Below, in pieces: positions 27,090 through 40,364 of a stretch of 64,000 nucleotides of DNA (position 1 is its first letter; each line of letters starts with the position of its first letter). Made by a program: the position numbers and the translations under genes. The notes beneath the pieces were generated by a model. The model was not told the DNA's origin and did not search any database. It saw only the letters and a program-made list of their open reading frames with translations. This DNA is from Octopus sinensis. Its lineage: Eukaryota. The stretch covers positions 9,300,001-9,364,000 of the forward strand of contig NC_043001.1 in NCBI RefSeq assembly GCF_006345805.1, read 5' to 3'.

Positions 27090-27710
27090 AGTATAAGCAT
27101 AAGGCCTGAAATTTTGGGGGAGGGGTAATCTATTACATCGACACCATTGTTTCACCGGCACTTAATTTATCGACCTCGGAAGGATGAAACATGAAGTTGA
27201 CCCCAGTGACATTTGAACTCAGAACATGAAGACAGACGAAATACTGCTAAGCATTTCTCCCTGCGTGCTAAAGATTCTGCCAGCTCGCCCACTTAACAGA
27301 ATCTAAATATTCTATTCTGCTGTAAGCACAAGGTCCGAAATTTGGCGGGAGGATCTGCCAGTCGATTATATCGACCCCAGTACGTAACTAGTGCTTAATT
27401 TATCGACCCCGAAAGTATAAAAGGCAAAGTTGATGTTGGTGGAATTTGAACTCAGATCGTAAAGACAGACGAAATACCTATTTCTTTACTACCCACAAGG
27501 GACTAAACACAGAGAGGACAAACAAGGACAGACAAACGGATTAAGTCAATTAGATCGACCCCAGTGCTTAAATAGTACTTAATTTATCGACCTCGAAAGG
27601 ATGAAAGGCAAAGTTGATGTTGGCGGAATTTGAACTCAGAACGTAGCGGCAGACGAAATACAGCTACGCATTTCGCTCGGCGTGCTAACGTTTCTGCCAG
27701 CTCGCCGCCT
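27090..27710 (-). mobile_element. Family-A SINE cluster (head + A1 monomer + A2 monomer, then a second head + A2 monomer)
   Basis: Matches the A consensus; junction gaaatacctatttctttac at ~27471. Confidence 0.85.
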
Positions 27711-28376
27711 TAATGAGTCTAAATATTAGATCAAAAATGACTTTTGGATTAAAAAAAAAAATCGAAGGTCATTCGTGGGACTTAAAGCCACATATGTCTA
27801 TAGAGATGATAGACTTTCTACCATTGAACCAAATCAATCCTTCGAATTTACCCCATCCATTCTTGAAGCTTTGTTCTTACCAGCGAGAATAGTGTGTTTT
27901 TTACGTCATAATTTATAAACTTCGAGAGGCGTGAAATAATTTGGTTTCTTTTATAACGTTGGAACTCGACGAAGATAAAGCTATAAGTAATAGTAAGTAA
28001 AATATTGTGAAAACAACATTTGGAGGATTACCTAGGTTCAATGACAGAAAATTTGTCATGTTTACGGAAGATCTACGTTCGTTTTCCAGAGGCATCTTTC
28101 TTCATTTTAGTTTCATTGCAATGGCTGCGACCATGCTGGGGCACCGCCGTTTACTTTGCTACACTTTCATTAAACCTCCTCTGATTTTTGTTTTTAGCCC
28201 AATATTTGCACCCTACCTTATTGGAAATTGAGTACAGGGTCGGTAATGCAGTTATAAATAAGCAATGCATGAGAGAAGATATGGATATGGAGTTGAATGT
28301 GGGTGGATTCAGACCCTAGATCTTCGCAATCAGAACTAAGACGAAAGATCGAAAGACAGAGTAGTTACGGGCTCAC

Positions 28377-28539
28377 CTTTAATACATGAAACAGTTGCTG
28401 AATACCTCTACTTGTCGCCCTATTCGCTTGTAGAACACAGAATACTTTTGACCCTGTGGCCCTAAGTGACCAATTGGCGGTATGATCACATCCGGAACAC
28501 GTTTGATCATACATATAATCCAGCGTGTGTGACCTTCGG
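28377..28539 (-). CDS. Candidate internal coding exon of an unidentified host gene
   Basis: Acceptor ttaatttAG, donor AAG|GTGAGC; open frame RRSHTLDYMYDQTCSGCDHTANWSLRATGSKVFCVLQANRATSRGIQQLFHVLK; not repeat-like. Confidence 0.42.
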
Positions 28540-28567
28540 CTAAATTAATACTAATGCCGTTGCTGCT

Positions 28568-28944
28568 GTTGCTGTTGAGCGAACGGTCTTCGTCCCAGAG
28601 CTCGCAAGATGGGAGAAGGCCGAAACGTGGTCCTTTGCTATTCGTAAGACCCGCAGACGAGAAAGCAGGTCAACCCCCGACACCGAGAGCATCGACGGAT
28701 GGATGAATGCGCATCCAGGCTCTGTGGTTGCGTAGGAAGTCGGGGACAAGAAACAGGAAGAAAGAGTGAGAGAAAGTTATAGCGAAAGAGTACAACAGGA
28801 GTGCCCCCCCCCCTGCCGGAGCCTCGTGGAGCTCTTTAGGTGCTTTCGCTCAATAAACACACACAACGCCCGATCTGGGAATCGAAACCGCTATCCTCCG
28901 ACCGCGAGTCCGCTGCCCTAACCACTGGGCCATTGCGCCTCCAC
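28568..28944 (-). mobile_element. Family-B SINE with tail B2 and TSD tgccgttgctgct
   Basis: Direct repeat at 28555-28567 and 28945-28957. Confidence 0.9.
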
Positions 28945-29008
28945 TGCCGTTGCTGCTACTTCTACTTCGGATATTAATACTACAACAGCAACAACAACAA
29001 CAACAACA

Positions 29009-29039
<31 letters not shown>

Positions 29040-29484
29040 TATTAGACATGTAGGAGTCAATGAAAGGAATTCTTCGCAGTCGCATGACCTGCAAGAAAGG
29101 ATTCAGCACAATATCCATTTCACGTTTGTGTGGCGAGACATGAGTTAATTTCTTAATAAACATCAATGTAATTAGATTCGCTTCATAAATAACTACAAGA
29201 TATTTAGAGATCTACAAATGCAATGCGTAATGTAATTTAGTTGGGAAGCGGGGTAGCAGTCCCATAGCTGTATCAGTGCTGTTTTCTGATCGGCCTTAAT
29301 TCAGCACCCTCGTGCCTTGAACACTTACCTCTGATGTCCCTATTCATGTGTGACCATGGAATAAATTATGATGTTCATTCGCAAAAAAAAAAAAAACAGG
29401 AAATTGCTTTCTGATATTTCTTGGATCCGCGTATACAGCACTTACATCTGGAACCTTCTTACATACACACTATCCTAGCCAATA

Positions 29485-29878
29485 GTGGAGGCGCAATGGC
29501 CCAGTGGTTAGGGCAGCGGACTCGCGGTCATAGGATCGCAGTTTCAATTCCCAGACCGGGCGTTGTGAGTGTTTATTGAGCGAAAACACCTAAAGCTCCA
29601 CGAGGCTCCGGCAGGGGATGGTGGTGATCCCTGCTGTACTCTTTCACCACAACTTTCTCTCACTCTTACTTCCTGTTTCTGTTGTACCTGTATTTCAAAG
29701 GGCCGGCCTTGTCACTCTCTGTGTCACGCTGAATATCCCCGAGAACTACGTTAAGGGTACACGTGTCTGTGGAGTGGTCAGCCACTTACACGTTAATTTC
29801 ACGAGCAGGCTGTTCCGTTGATTCGGATCAACCGGAACCCTCGTCGTCGTAACCGACGGAGTGCTTCCAATCCAGTCC
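29485..29878 (+). mobile_element. Family-B SINE with tail B1 and TSD atcctagccaat
   Basis: Direct repeat at 29472-29483 and 29879-29890. Confidence 0.92.
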
Positions 29879-30309
29879 ATCCTAGCCAATGTGGTATCGT
29901 CTTACTAATCTTCCTCTTGTTACATTCTCATCTAAATCCTTCAGCTAACACCATCTTCAATTGTTCAGGGGGCGTGGCAGTTACCGCTATTATGTCTTAC
30001 ATAGTGACAAGGAGGTGAAAGTTGCATCTTAGTATGGATAGGATGTCTGTCTAACATAGCTTAACGGCTATCGAGGCCAACCGATTTTTATTCTTTTCAA
30101 ATAAACAAGCAGAGGTTAGAGAAATTATTTGTTATATCTCAGAGCATAAAATATTGATATTTCCAAGAAGTTAGAAATATTTTTCTGGTTTGACAAGGAA
30201 TGTTCGGGTTGATAGTCACTAGAATTGCAAAATCGAAACACCGAGCCGAGCAAAACACTTCCATTATGAACAACTACCTGTGTTTATTAAGTCTCTTGAA
30301 ATATCTTTA

Positions 30310-31355
30310 ACCATGCTTCTCGGTTCAGTCCCACTGCGTGGCACATCGTGGGCAGGTGTCTTCTACTATAGCCTAGGTCCAACCAAAGCGTTGTGGTTAG
30401 TGGAGTTGGCAGACGGAAACTGAAAGAAGCTCGTCGTGTGTGTGTGTGTGTGTGTTTGGGAGAGTTTGTCTGTGTCTTTGTGTCTGTGTTTGTCCCCACC
30501 ACAGCTTGACAACCGGTGTTGGTGTGTTTATGTCCCCCGTGCCTTAGCGGTTCGCCCAAAGAGACAGATAGAATAAGTACTAGGCTTATATAAAATAAGC
30601 ACTGTTGTCGACGCGTTCGTGTGAAATAATTCCTGAAGGGTGTGCCCCAGCATGGCCGCCGTTTAATGACTGAAACAAGAAAAGATAAAAAGATAAGAGA
30701 TAATTGTCTTTCGACCATAGAAATTAACAAATTGCAAACATTACACAGCCAAGAACCGTCGGTTCCAGGGTTCAATAACAAGGGGGCCAAGGGACCCTCC
30801 GCTTCGCTAAACACGACCAACATGGAAGTAGAACCTTTAACATCCATTGTTGGCGCATGCGTGGATGTAGGATTAGTAGTTTGTTTCCCAACTCTATGGT
30901 TCCGGGTTCAATCACACAGCGAGGGCATCTTCTACTATAGCCTCCAGCAGACCAATGCCTTGCGTTTGATTTGGTAGACGGAAACAGAAAGAAGCTCGTA
31001 CTATGTGTGTGTGTGTGCGTGTATGTGTGTGCGTGTGTGTGTGTGTGTGTGTATGTGTGTGCAAAGTCTGTGTTCCCCTGTGTGTGTGTGTGTCCGTGTG
31101 CGTGTTTGCGTCTATGTCTGTGTATGTCTGTGTGTGTGTGTGTCTTGATACCAATTTTGAACCCCCACCATCGCTTGTCAACTGGTGTTAGAGTGTTTGT
31201 CCCCTGAAAATAGAGGTTCGGAAAAAGTCAGCGATAAAATAAATACTAGCCCTAAAATAAAATAGTGGGGTGGATTCATTCGGCTAAAATTCCTCAAATG
31301 GTGCCCCAGCTTGGCCGTAGTCTAATGACCGAAACAAGTAAAAGATAAAAGATAA
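30310..31355 (+). mobile_element. Two diverged family-C SINEs (~30310-30695 and ~30865-31355)
   Basis: Core, microsatellite and tail segments homologous to family C. Confidence 0.78.
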
Positions 31356-31678
31356 ACCAAAAAATGACACGGCGTAGTCTCTACGTGGCCTCTCGACCAA
31401 CTAGATATAGCAGCCAAAACCTGCCCCATGATATTTAAATAGCTAAAATATATTCAGTTGTTTAAGATACGTTTGATTATGTTGTTCAAAACATCGATGA
31501 AGTGGTGAGATGCGAAGATGCGAAATGTCTCGTGTCATAAGTGTGTTCGATCCGGTTCCTTCTGGAACTAAACGAAACTTCTGCCCACCGAAATTCACTG
31601 GGTTCACTCTACTTATTCAAACAACAACTTGCGGCACCAACTTGTTTTTGTTGCTTTTTCAAGAATTATCGTCGTTTA

Positions 31679-32686
31679 AGGCGGCGAGCTGGCTAACACG
31701 TTAGCACGCCGGGCGAAATGCTTAGCGGTATTTCGTCTGCCGTTACGTTCTGAGTTCACATTCCGCCGAGGTTGACTTTGCCTTTCATCCTTTCGGGCTC
31801 GATTAAATAAGTACCAGTTACGCAATGGGGTCGATATAATCGACTTAATCCGTTTGTCTGTCCTTGTTTGTCCCCGCTGTGTTTAGCCCCTTGTGGGTAG
31901 TAAAGAAATAGGTATTTCGTCTGCCGTTACGTTCTGCCAACATCAACTTTGCCCTTCATCCTTTCGGGATCGATAAATTAAGCATCATTTGCGTACTGGG
32001 GGGTCGATATAATCGACTGGCCTCCTCCACTAAATATTTCGGGACTTGTGCATAGAGTAGAAAAGAATATATTTTTTGTTTTTAAAGGCGGCGAGCTGGC
32101 AGAAACAATAGCACGCCGGGCGAAATGCTTAGCGGTATTTCGTCTGCCGTTGTGTTCTGAGTTCAAATTCCGCCGAGGTCGACTTTGCCTTTCATCCTTT
32201 CGGGGTCGATTAAATAAGTACCAGATACGCACTGGGGTCGATGTAATCGACTTAATCCGTTTGTCTGTCCTTGTTTGTCCCCTCTGTGTTTAGCCACTTG
32301 TGGGTAGTAAAGAAATAGGTATTTCGTCCGCCGCTATGTTCTGAGTTCAAACTCCGCCGAGGTCGACTTTGCCTTTCATCCTTTCGGGGTCGATTAAATA
32401 AGTACCAGTTACGCACTGGGCTAGATATAATCGACTTAATCCGTTTGTCCGTCCTTGTTTGTCCCCTCTGTGTTTAGCCACTTGTGGGTAGTAAAGAAAT
32501 AGGTATTTTGTCTGCCGTTACGTTCTGGGTTCAAATTCTGCCTCGACTTTCCTTTTCATCCTTTCGGGGTCGATTAAATAAGTACCATTTACGCACTGGG
32601 GTCGATATAATCGACTTAATCCGTTTGTCTGTCCTTGTTTGACCTCTCTGTGTTTATCGCGCCCCTGTGGCCAATAAAGAAATAAA
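31679..32686 (+). mobile_element. Family-A SINE concatemers (head + 2 monomers, then head + 3 monomers of 184 bp)
   Basis: Monomer starts ggtattt at 31727, 31911, 32134, 32318 and 32502. Confidence 0.92.
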
Positions 32687-33910
32687 AACGTTAATCATCG
32701 TCGCTCACGTAGGAGTAACGTGTCGCATCCTCAATATTGTACCAAGCCCCAAACATTATTTACTTCTTCAACTGTCTAGTGTACTAGCTTGCTAGCTGCA
32801 GCTTAAATCTTTCTGTTACTCCACTAACTACAGACAAACTTTGCTACTTTCCTCGAGGAAATTCAATAACGAAATACAAGGAAAAAATATTAGACTTTAT
32901 TTCTTATTTCTTTTTGTTGTATAATAAGAATTAACAAGAACTTGGTGGAACTCAACGTGATAATCATTTTAGGAAGACAGTGTGAGACCAGATGGAAAAT
33001 TATGGTTCTTACAGAGATAGGCAATTTTGTAGCTGCTAAAATGTTATGTTATTAAGTGAAAGCGAAGAAGCTGTATTGTTAAATGCTAACCTTAGAGACA
33101 TGCAAAGTTGGAAGTAAAACTGAAAGGAAAATGAGAAATCATTATTTAATTTAAAATAACACAATCTTACTGTGCGCTTTGGGATAGCTTCGGTAAGTTC
33201 AGACTGCATTGGAGTGATTAAATAACTGACCATCTTCTACTAAATTGATAGTGTTGCATTATCATTATTTCATATCGTCCGATAGCTTAACTTGCTATCT
33301 TAACCTGAACAAAGATTGGGTGATTCACCGCAATATTACTATGCAATAGCATTGACAAACGTATCCCTGCATTATGTAATCTAAATTCTTAATTAATGTT
33401 TGACCTGAAAATCAATAAATGTTAAGCTATCTTTGATTGCTTCCTTCACAAACTTATGACTTCTTTACTGTTGACTATAATTTTATTTTAGCCAATAGAA
33501 ACATCAAATTTCCAGTGAGAAGAAACAGTAAAATCTACGCAAACAAGCAGAAATGCTGACAAATATATAATAAATGGCGAAGATAAAATCCGAGCAATGA
33601 ATATTTCGTTAATGGGGAGAGCGTGTGACTCTATGTTTATTTACTTTTTGTTCTAGCGATCGAACGAACAGATACGTACACTAACATGTAATTAAACATA
33701 CATAGCTACAAACATGCACACACACGTATACACTCAAATAAACATTCTTAAATATAACATAAACAGAACCATAAAATCAGAAGCATATTTGAAAGCACTC
33801 TCTTAAAATTATAGATATAAGATACACACAGCAAGGCGCAACTGCACACAAAAACACGCGATTGCACACACAGACAACCACTATCGCAGGCGCGACGTAC
33901 GGAGACTCAC

Positions 33911-33943
33911 TTTTGTCCATAAGTAAGTATACACACACCCAGA
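33911..33943 (-). CDS. Candidate 33-nt micro-exon
   Basis: Acceptor ttgtgtgtttcAG and donor |GTGAGT; all three frames open. Confidence 0.38.
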
Positions 33944-33978
33944 CTGAAACACACAAATCGAAATACATTAAACACATG

Positions 33979-34055
<77 letters not shown>

Positions 34056-34127
34056 CATTTTCAGCAAAGATATACAAGAATGTATAAACAAGCCGTTTAT
34101 GCAAACACACCTCCACAAATATATTAC

Positions 34128-34550
34128 TTGTGTTGAGAGAAAAATATATACATGTGACGGAAAAGTGATGATGTTGACGACAAATGCAATGATGGCGACG
34201 AATATGACGATGACGAAGACGACGATAACGCTGGCGACGAGGCTTCTTTAGATAATCCAGATAAATAACTCGGCGAGATCTGCAATCTCAGCTGATTCCT
34301 CATTCCGTTGTGATTCCTCATTGATACACGGAAAAGTTGAGTTCCCCCCACCCTTTTTTTTTACCCAGCAGGAATCACCGCAAACCAGGACTGACTTTCT
34401 AGCGATTCTAATTTTTTTAGTTTCTTTTCTCTCTTTTCCAGACCTAAATCCTATTCTTTCTTTTTCTTTCGTATAAAAACGTCTCACACTCTCACACCTA
34501 TACACACATCTATCATGCGCGCATTCCGCTTGCCTTTCCAAATACTCCAC
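34128..34550 (-). CDS. Candidate upstream exon (5' UTR plus Ser-rich N-terminus)
   Basis: Acceptor tatttcAG at 34551-34552, donor AA|GTAATA; ORF MRNHNGMRNQLRLQISPSYLSGLSKEASSPALSSSS...; phase-compatible with 33911-33943. Confidence 0.28.
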
Positions 34551-34570
34551 CTGAAATACCCCACCTATAT

Positions 34571-34805
34571 TCTTATTTCTTTATTGCCCACAAGGAGCTA
34601 AACATAGAGGGGACAAACAAGGAGAAACAAACGGATTAAGTCGATTATATCGACCCCAGTACGTAACTGGTACATATTCAATCGACCCCGAAAGGATGAA
34701 AGGCAAAGTCGACCTCGGCGGAATTTGAACTCAGAACGTAACAGCAGACGAAATACGGCTACGCATTTCGTCCGGCGTGTTAACGTTTCTGCCAGCTCAC
34801 CGCCT
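34571..34805 (-). mobile_element. Family-A SINE
   Basis: Matches the A consensus. Confidence 0.88.
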
Positions 34806-35069
34806 TTATTCTTTCCATCCTTTGGACACTCCATCAGAACTCTCTGACCAGTATCGTGTACGCTTTAATTAGCATTTGTTATCTCACAATACTTGTTCTT
34901 CCCCCCTCTATCTCTCTCTTTCTCTCTCACTCTTTCTCTTTTTTATTTTTCTTGTTTTACTAATATTTTATAATTAATTTTTCTATTACTCTTCATATTT
35001 CACAGCGACCGTACCTTTCCTTTCACTTATTTCAATTCGTACATTGTTCTGTTTAAAACGTTCTATATT

Positions 35070-35488
35070 ACTTTTTACTCTCTCTTTACTCTTTTACTTG
35101 TCTCAGTCATTTGACTGCGGCCATGCTGGAGCACCGCCTTTAATCGAGCAATTCGACCTCGGGACATAATCTTTTGTAAGCCCAGTACTTATTCTATCGG
35201 TCACTTTTGCCGAACCGCTAAGTTACGGGGACGTAAACACACCAGCATCGGTTGTCAAGTAATGCTAGGGGGACAAACACAGACACACAAACAAACACAC
35301 GCATATATATCTATACATATATACGACGGGCTTCTTTCAGTCTCCGTCTACCAAATCCACTCACAAGGCTTTGGGCGAGTAGAGGCTATAGTAGAAGACA
35401 CTTGCCCAAGATGCCACGCAGTGGAACTGAACCCAGAACCATGTGGTTGGTAAGCAAGCTACTTACCACACAGTCACTCCTGCGCCTT
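35070..35488 (-). mobile_element. Family-C SINE
   Basis: Homologous to the other C copies. Confidence 0.9.
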
Positions 35489-35729
35489 GATGCTCTCTGC
35501 CACATCCGTCACACACTGCGCATGCTTCTTGATTTTCCTTTCGCTTTACACTCACGACTGATACTACCTCCACTCATCCAAACTTCCTTCCCGCACACTT
35601 ATATATCACAGACACACCCCAGCGATTATACACCTCACAACTCCAGCAGCCCACACCACTATATTTTTATACTTGCACACATCTACACACAAAACACAAA
35701 GCATGATTCCTCTTATATATATATATATA

Positions 35730-36572
35730 CTAGCAGAATTGCTTGAAAGTACTGTTAATGATTGCACTGAATTATGATGTTTATTCAGGCAAATATTGAT
35801 ATAAGTTTACGGTGGGAGATAAGGACTTAACGATCAAACGTGTGCCATTGCATTGTTTTGGGGGAACCAAATTTCTGATGAGCATTATAGGGGCACCAAC
35901 TTTAAGTTTGAGAAAGTGTGGTGGTAGTCCGGGGTGCTCAAAGGAATTGAGTACCTCTATTGGATAGTTGATGACGTCCTCTGGGTCAGGAGTTGTATCG
36001 ATAGACTTATATACATAGACATCCCCAGGAATGAGTTTTAGCATTTCATCATTAATATGGTGAACAGTTTTATTCCTCGGGGCCAGAATAGCCCTTTGGC
36101 CAATCCAATCCATGTTCTGAGAATTAGCTTGTAGATCTGGGAACACTGCATCTCTGAGATCAGAAGGCGTTTTAACAATTGTACAAATGGAATCGATGGC
36201 AATATTACCATTTTCATCCCCTGGTATTTTGCCTTCGCCAAGTTGAGAGTTAAAAAGGTCGAGTTGCGTCCCCTAGACAGTCTGTACCAGGAATAGCTGG
36301 ATATTGGAGTTGAGAGTTAAAAAGGCCGAGTTGCGTCCCCTAGATAGTCTGTGGTTTGTGTTTCTGATTCTCGACCCCATGTCGAATTTATCGATTTTTT
36401 TCAGAACTGGGGGAACTTTTCAAAATTTTCGCTGCGTTAGTTTTGAATTATGACATTGGGCTATGTGTGTGTCAAGTTTCATCAGAATCGGTTGAAAGCC
36501 GTGGTCAGGGTGAGGGTACAACCTAACAGACACACAGACACGCACACAGACAAACTGCCGTTTATATATATA
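35730..36572 (-). mobile_element. Internally deleted Helitron carrying an open PIF1-type helicase fragment
   Basis: 3' ...ttctgCTAG|T; open frame QLGEGKIPGDENG...RAILAPRN...LKLKVGAPIMLIRNLVPPKQCNGTRLIVK (about 36245-35805); 5' Helitron-like tgtctg/ccgattctgatgaaactt segment. Confidence 0.8.
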
Positions 36573-36769
36573 TTATAAACATAACGTCACAAGAAATTTG
36601 AAAAGCTACACGCGAAACCGGTAATTTCTTTAAAAATTTTAAAATTATGTCATTTTAAGGAAAGGAAAAAAATTTTTCCAATATTCTCCAGACATTTTGA
36701 CACAAATATATATATTTTTTAACATTTAAGCCTTCTGTCGTTTTTTCACACTTTACTATTTTCTTATAT

Positions 36770-36808
<39 letters not shown>

Positions 36809-36809
<1 letters not shown>

Positions 36810-37173
36810 TAGCAGTATCGCGTTGCTCGGGCTTGTAAGGGAAATAACTATATAAGCATTTTTAGAGATATAAAGTATAATAGCCATCTCAATACTGTAG
36901 CTTTTTACGTTCTGAGATTTAATAATACATTTTTAGAGAGTTACTTCCCTTATATAATAGCAAAAACATGCATTAAAAATGGGAAAAAATGATGATAATT
37001 TTTTTTTTTAATCGTAGACTCATCGTAGACGCGCGCTAATACCCAGAAGGGCTTGATATGAATCACGACTATAAGATACCCGGTTTTGGTTAAACTGCAC
37101 CGCAAAATGTGGGAGTAGTTAGGAATCTAAATCGTAGGAGACAGACACACAACTTCACTTTTATATATAGAGA
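36809..37173 (-). mobile_element. Non-autonomous Helitron, same family as 13421-13818
   Basis: 5' A|TC, 3' CTAG|T; colinear with 13421-13818; 3' hairpin arm partly deleted. Confidence 0.9.
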
Positions 37174-38113
37174 TTTACATTCCAGACGCAGATACACTCT
37201 GATATTCGAACATACGCACGTAGCTTCTTCTGTCTTCTTTACTCTCTCATAGAACCACATCCCCACGTCGCTCCATGCCGTGCATCTGGTCTCTCTTTCT
37301 CACTCCGCCTTGTTTTTATTCCTCCTTATGATGAAGGACTTGCGTTCGACACGCAATGAGACATTGTCTTCCCAGTAGAAGATTAAGCTGATATGGTATC
37401 GCCTTAATCTTTTAATGCGAAGAGAATGTCTCTTCCTTAAAGTTTGTCCCTCCCGTAGTCTTTTCTTTTAGTGTTCAGGGCATTTGCAATTAAGCATTAA
37501 TACATAAACATATGTGTGTGCTAATTCAATTGGTTATTAAATTTTTAGGGGAGTTGCATTGAATTAGACCCTTGTTGAATGTGAACACGATAAGAATGAA
37601 GTCTATACAATATATATTAATGCCATTACATATAATGTGCACAGTTATGTACACACAAGCACGGTTACAAATGTGCGTCTAACTCTGCACGATAGTATCC
37701 GAAGATTATAATGAATTTCGAATATTCTGTTTCACGCTTTTACACATGAAACTATCAGCCTAATACGAATTGCATTCTAATTTTATTTGCGTTTCTAAAA
37801 TTTTAATCTGTTGTGTTAAATGAAGAGGTATCACTTTATAAAAAATCTTGTCAATGTCAAATTTAATAGTTTACTAGTTGTAGAATTTTTTTAGTGTTAC
37901 TGCATATTCAGAATTTAAGAATATTTAAGCGGATACATATTCTTAAGAAGAGATGTTTTTAAAGATAAGCTTATGAAGATAAAAGAATATAAAATTAATA
38001 TTAGTTTTTTATAGCATGAATAAAATATAGCTTGCTTTCAAATAGCTATACATATATTATTTTTTCACAGACTACTCTCTTCTACATACATACATTCATA
38101 CACACACACACAA

Positions 38114-38201
<88 letters not shown>

Positions 38202-38262
38202 GTATAAATATATATATACATATATATACATATAAATACATATATATATACATATATACATG

Positions 38263-38305
<43 letters not shown>

Positions 38306-39036
38306 GTGTGTGTGTGTATATATACACGATGAATTCAAATTTTTCTTTCATTCGTCGAAATTTAAGAATCTTGTAGGCAGCAATAATTCTCAAATCTAAT
38401 AATCACATACTTTCCTACCTTTGCGCCTATCTAGTCTGCTTTCTGTGAAAAAAAAAAAACATCCATTAATATATTTTTTAAAATGTGTGGGCGATCTACA
38501 TAAAAACGTAAAAGACTAGACGAAAATATGAGGTATGTCTGCACAAATGTAAAATAAATTTGCTTCTTATTTATTCGTTTGTAATGAATATTTATATTAT
38601 TTCGTATGCATTTATTAAATAATGACTTGCATCCACACGTCTATGCATTTTATTATATATTTCATTGACATTGTTATGTGTATTTAGATAATTACATTTA
38701 TTTCTAGATTTTCTCCGTCTTCAACATTTCAAACCATAAAATATTCATTTAAGTAAGCAAACATTTTGTGGCATACACATCATGTACTCTGTACATACCT
38801 ACGGAATTTTTCATTCTTATAAAGCATAAGCAGATAAAAATACATAAGTAAATGTAATTGAAGTAAATATACGTGAATAGTAATAAGTATTACATGTTCG
38901 TTGTTAATTTTCCTTAATATTTTCTGATGTGCATTCGTCGGGGGCTTTTGCATGTTTACGTAAATAGAGAGTGAAAGAGGGAGGAGGGAGGAGGGAGGGG
39001 TAGAAATGTAAATAAACATAACAAAGTTTTTCACGC

Positions 39037-39076
<40 letters not shown>

Positions 39077-39082
<6 letters not shown>

Positions 39083-39382
39083 ATCACGTGACCGACCAGA
39101 CCATCAGATGTTGTTACACATCGCTGGTCACAATGCGTTCGCATTGTTTTTAGCCTTCGAATGACGCCACCCCGCTGGCCAAGCGAGCAGGCCAACTGAA
39201 GAAAGAGTGGGAGAAAGAGTGGTGAAGGAGTACAGCAGGGATCACCACCATCCCCTGCCGGAGCCTCGTGGAGCCTTTAGGTGTTTTCGCTCAATAAACA
39301 CACACAACGCCCGGTCTGGGAATCGAATCCGCGATCCTACGACCGCGAGTCCGCTGCCCTAACCACTAGGCTATTGCGCCTC

Positions 39383-39385
<3 letters not shown>
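39077..39385 (-). mobile_element. Family-B SINE with tail B3
   Basis: B head; tail ending cacgtgatcacgtga, abutting (TA)n. Confidence 0.9.
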
Positions 39386-39415
<30 letters not shown>

Positions 39416-40122
39416 TTATATATATATATATATACAAATACGTTTACATAGAGTATAAAAATACAGAATAGTAAGAAAATACATAATCTATTAATTCGAC
39501 AGCTGTTTCAAGAAACTCAGAGATACATAGTAATTGTAATATTCGTAATTTGCAAACCGAATAATGAAAGAATTTGGATTATGGGACCAGCAAACAGGCA
39601 CTCAGAGATATCACAATAAGTCTGACCTCACCTCATCAAAAGAAGGTTGGAAAAAGAGTTTCATTTAATAGTGGCAGATATTCAAATGGTTGAAGGGAGG
39701 GATATGTGTAGAGATATATATGTTTAGAGTGAGATAATATCCATGTATTAATAAGCACACACACACTTATATAACTTTTAATACTTTTGATATTTATATT
39801 AAAAAATAAATAAATTAATTAATTAATTAATTAATAAAATAATATATAAATATAAAAATATACATACATATATATATATGTATATAATATATTTGTATAT
39901 ATATATATTTAAAATTTATAAGTTTAAATTATTTGAATATTTTTTTAATTTTTAAATTTTATATTTTTAAATTAATTTTATGTATTGGCTTATGTTTTTC
40001 ACTGTTTGATTTGCCTAATAGTGGTTTTATCTCTAATTAATATAATATAATATAATATATTTATGCTATAAAATTGGATTTAATCCTAAATCTAATTTTT
40101 CCCTGTAAGTTGGATTTATTCC

Positions 40123-40163
<41 letters not shown>

Positions 40164-40364
40164 TATATATATGAGTGTTTTGAAATGTTTGTAGGTTTTT
40201 TATGGATTGTTGTTGACAGGAGATTCTTTCGAAATAACTCTATAATCCTGCTGAATTTGTGATATGAATATCACCACACTTTCTGTAGTTCACCAATTTT
40301 TAATCTAAAGGTTACTATCTATTATTTCACTTATAATATTTTTTTTTTATTATTATTACTATTG

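Noticed and set aside
29485-29560. tRNA gene (A and B boxes present)
   Set aside because: SINE head: no acceptor stem or complete cloverleaf, and it continues into SINE body with TSDs. The same applies to the other heads.
31679-32686. Regular repeats suggestive of a CRISPR array
   Set aside because: Units are 184-bp SINE monomers with no unique spacers, in a eukaryotic context with no cas genes.
38979-39000. G-quadruplex motif GGG-AGGA-GGG-AGGA-GGG-A-GGGG
   Set aside because: A simple (GGA/GGGA) repeat with no evidence of function.
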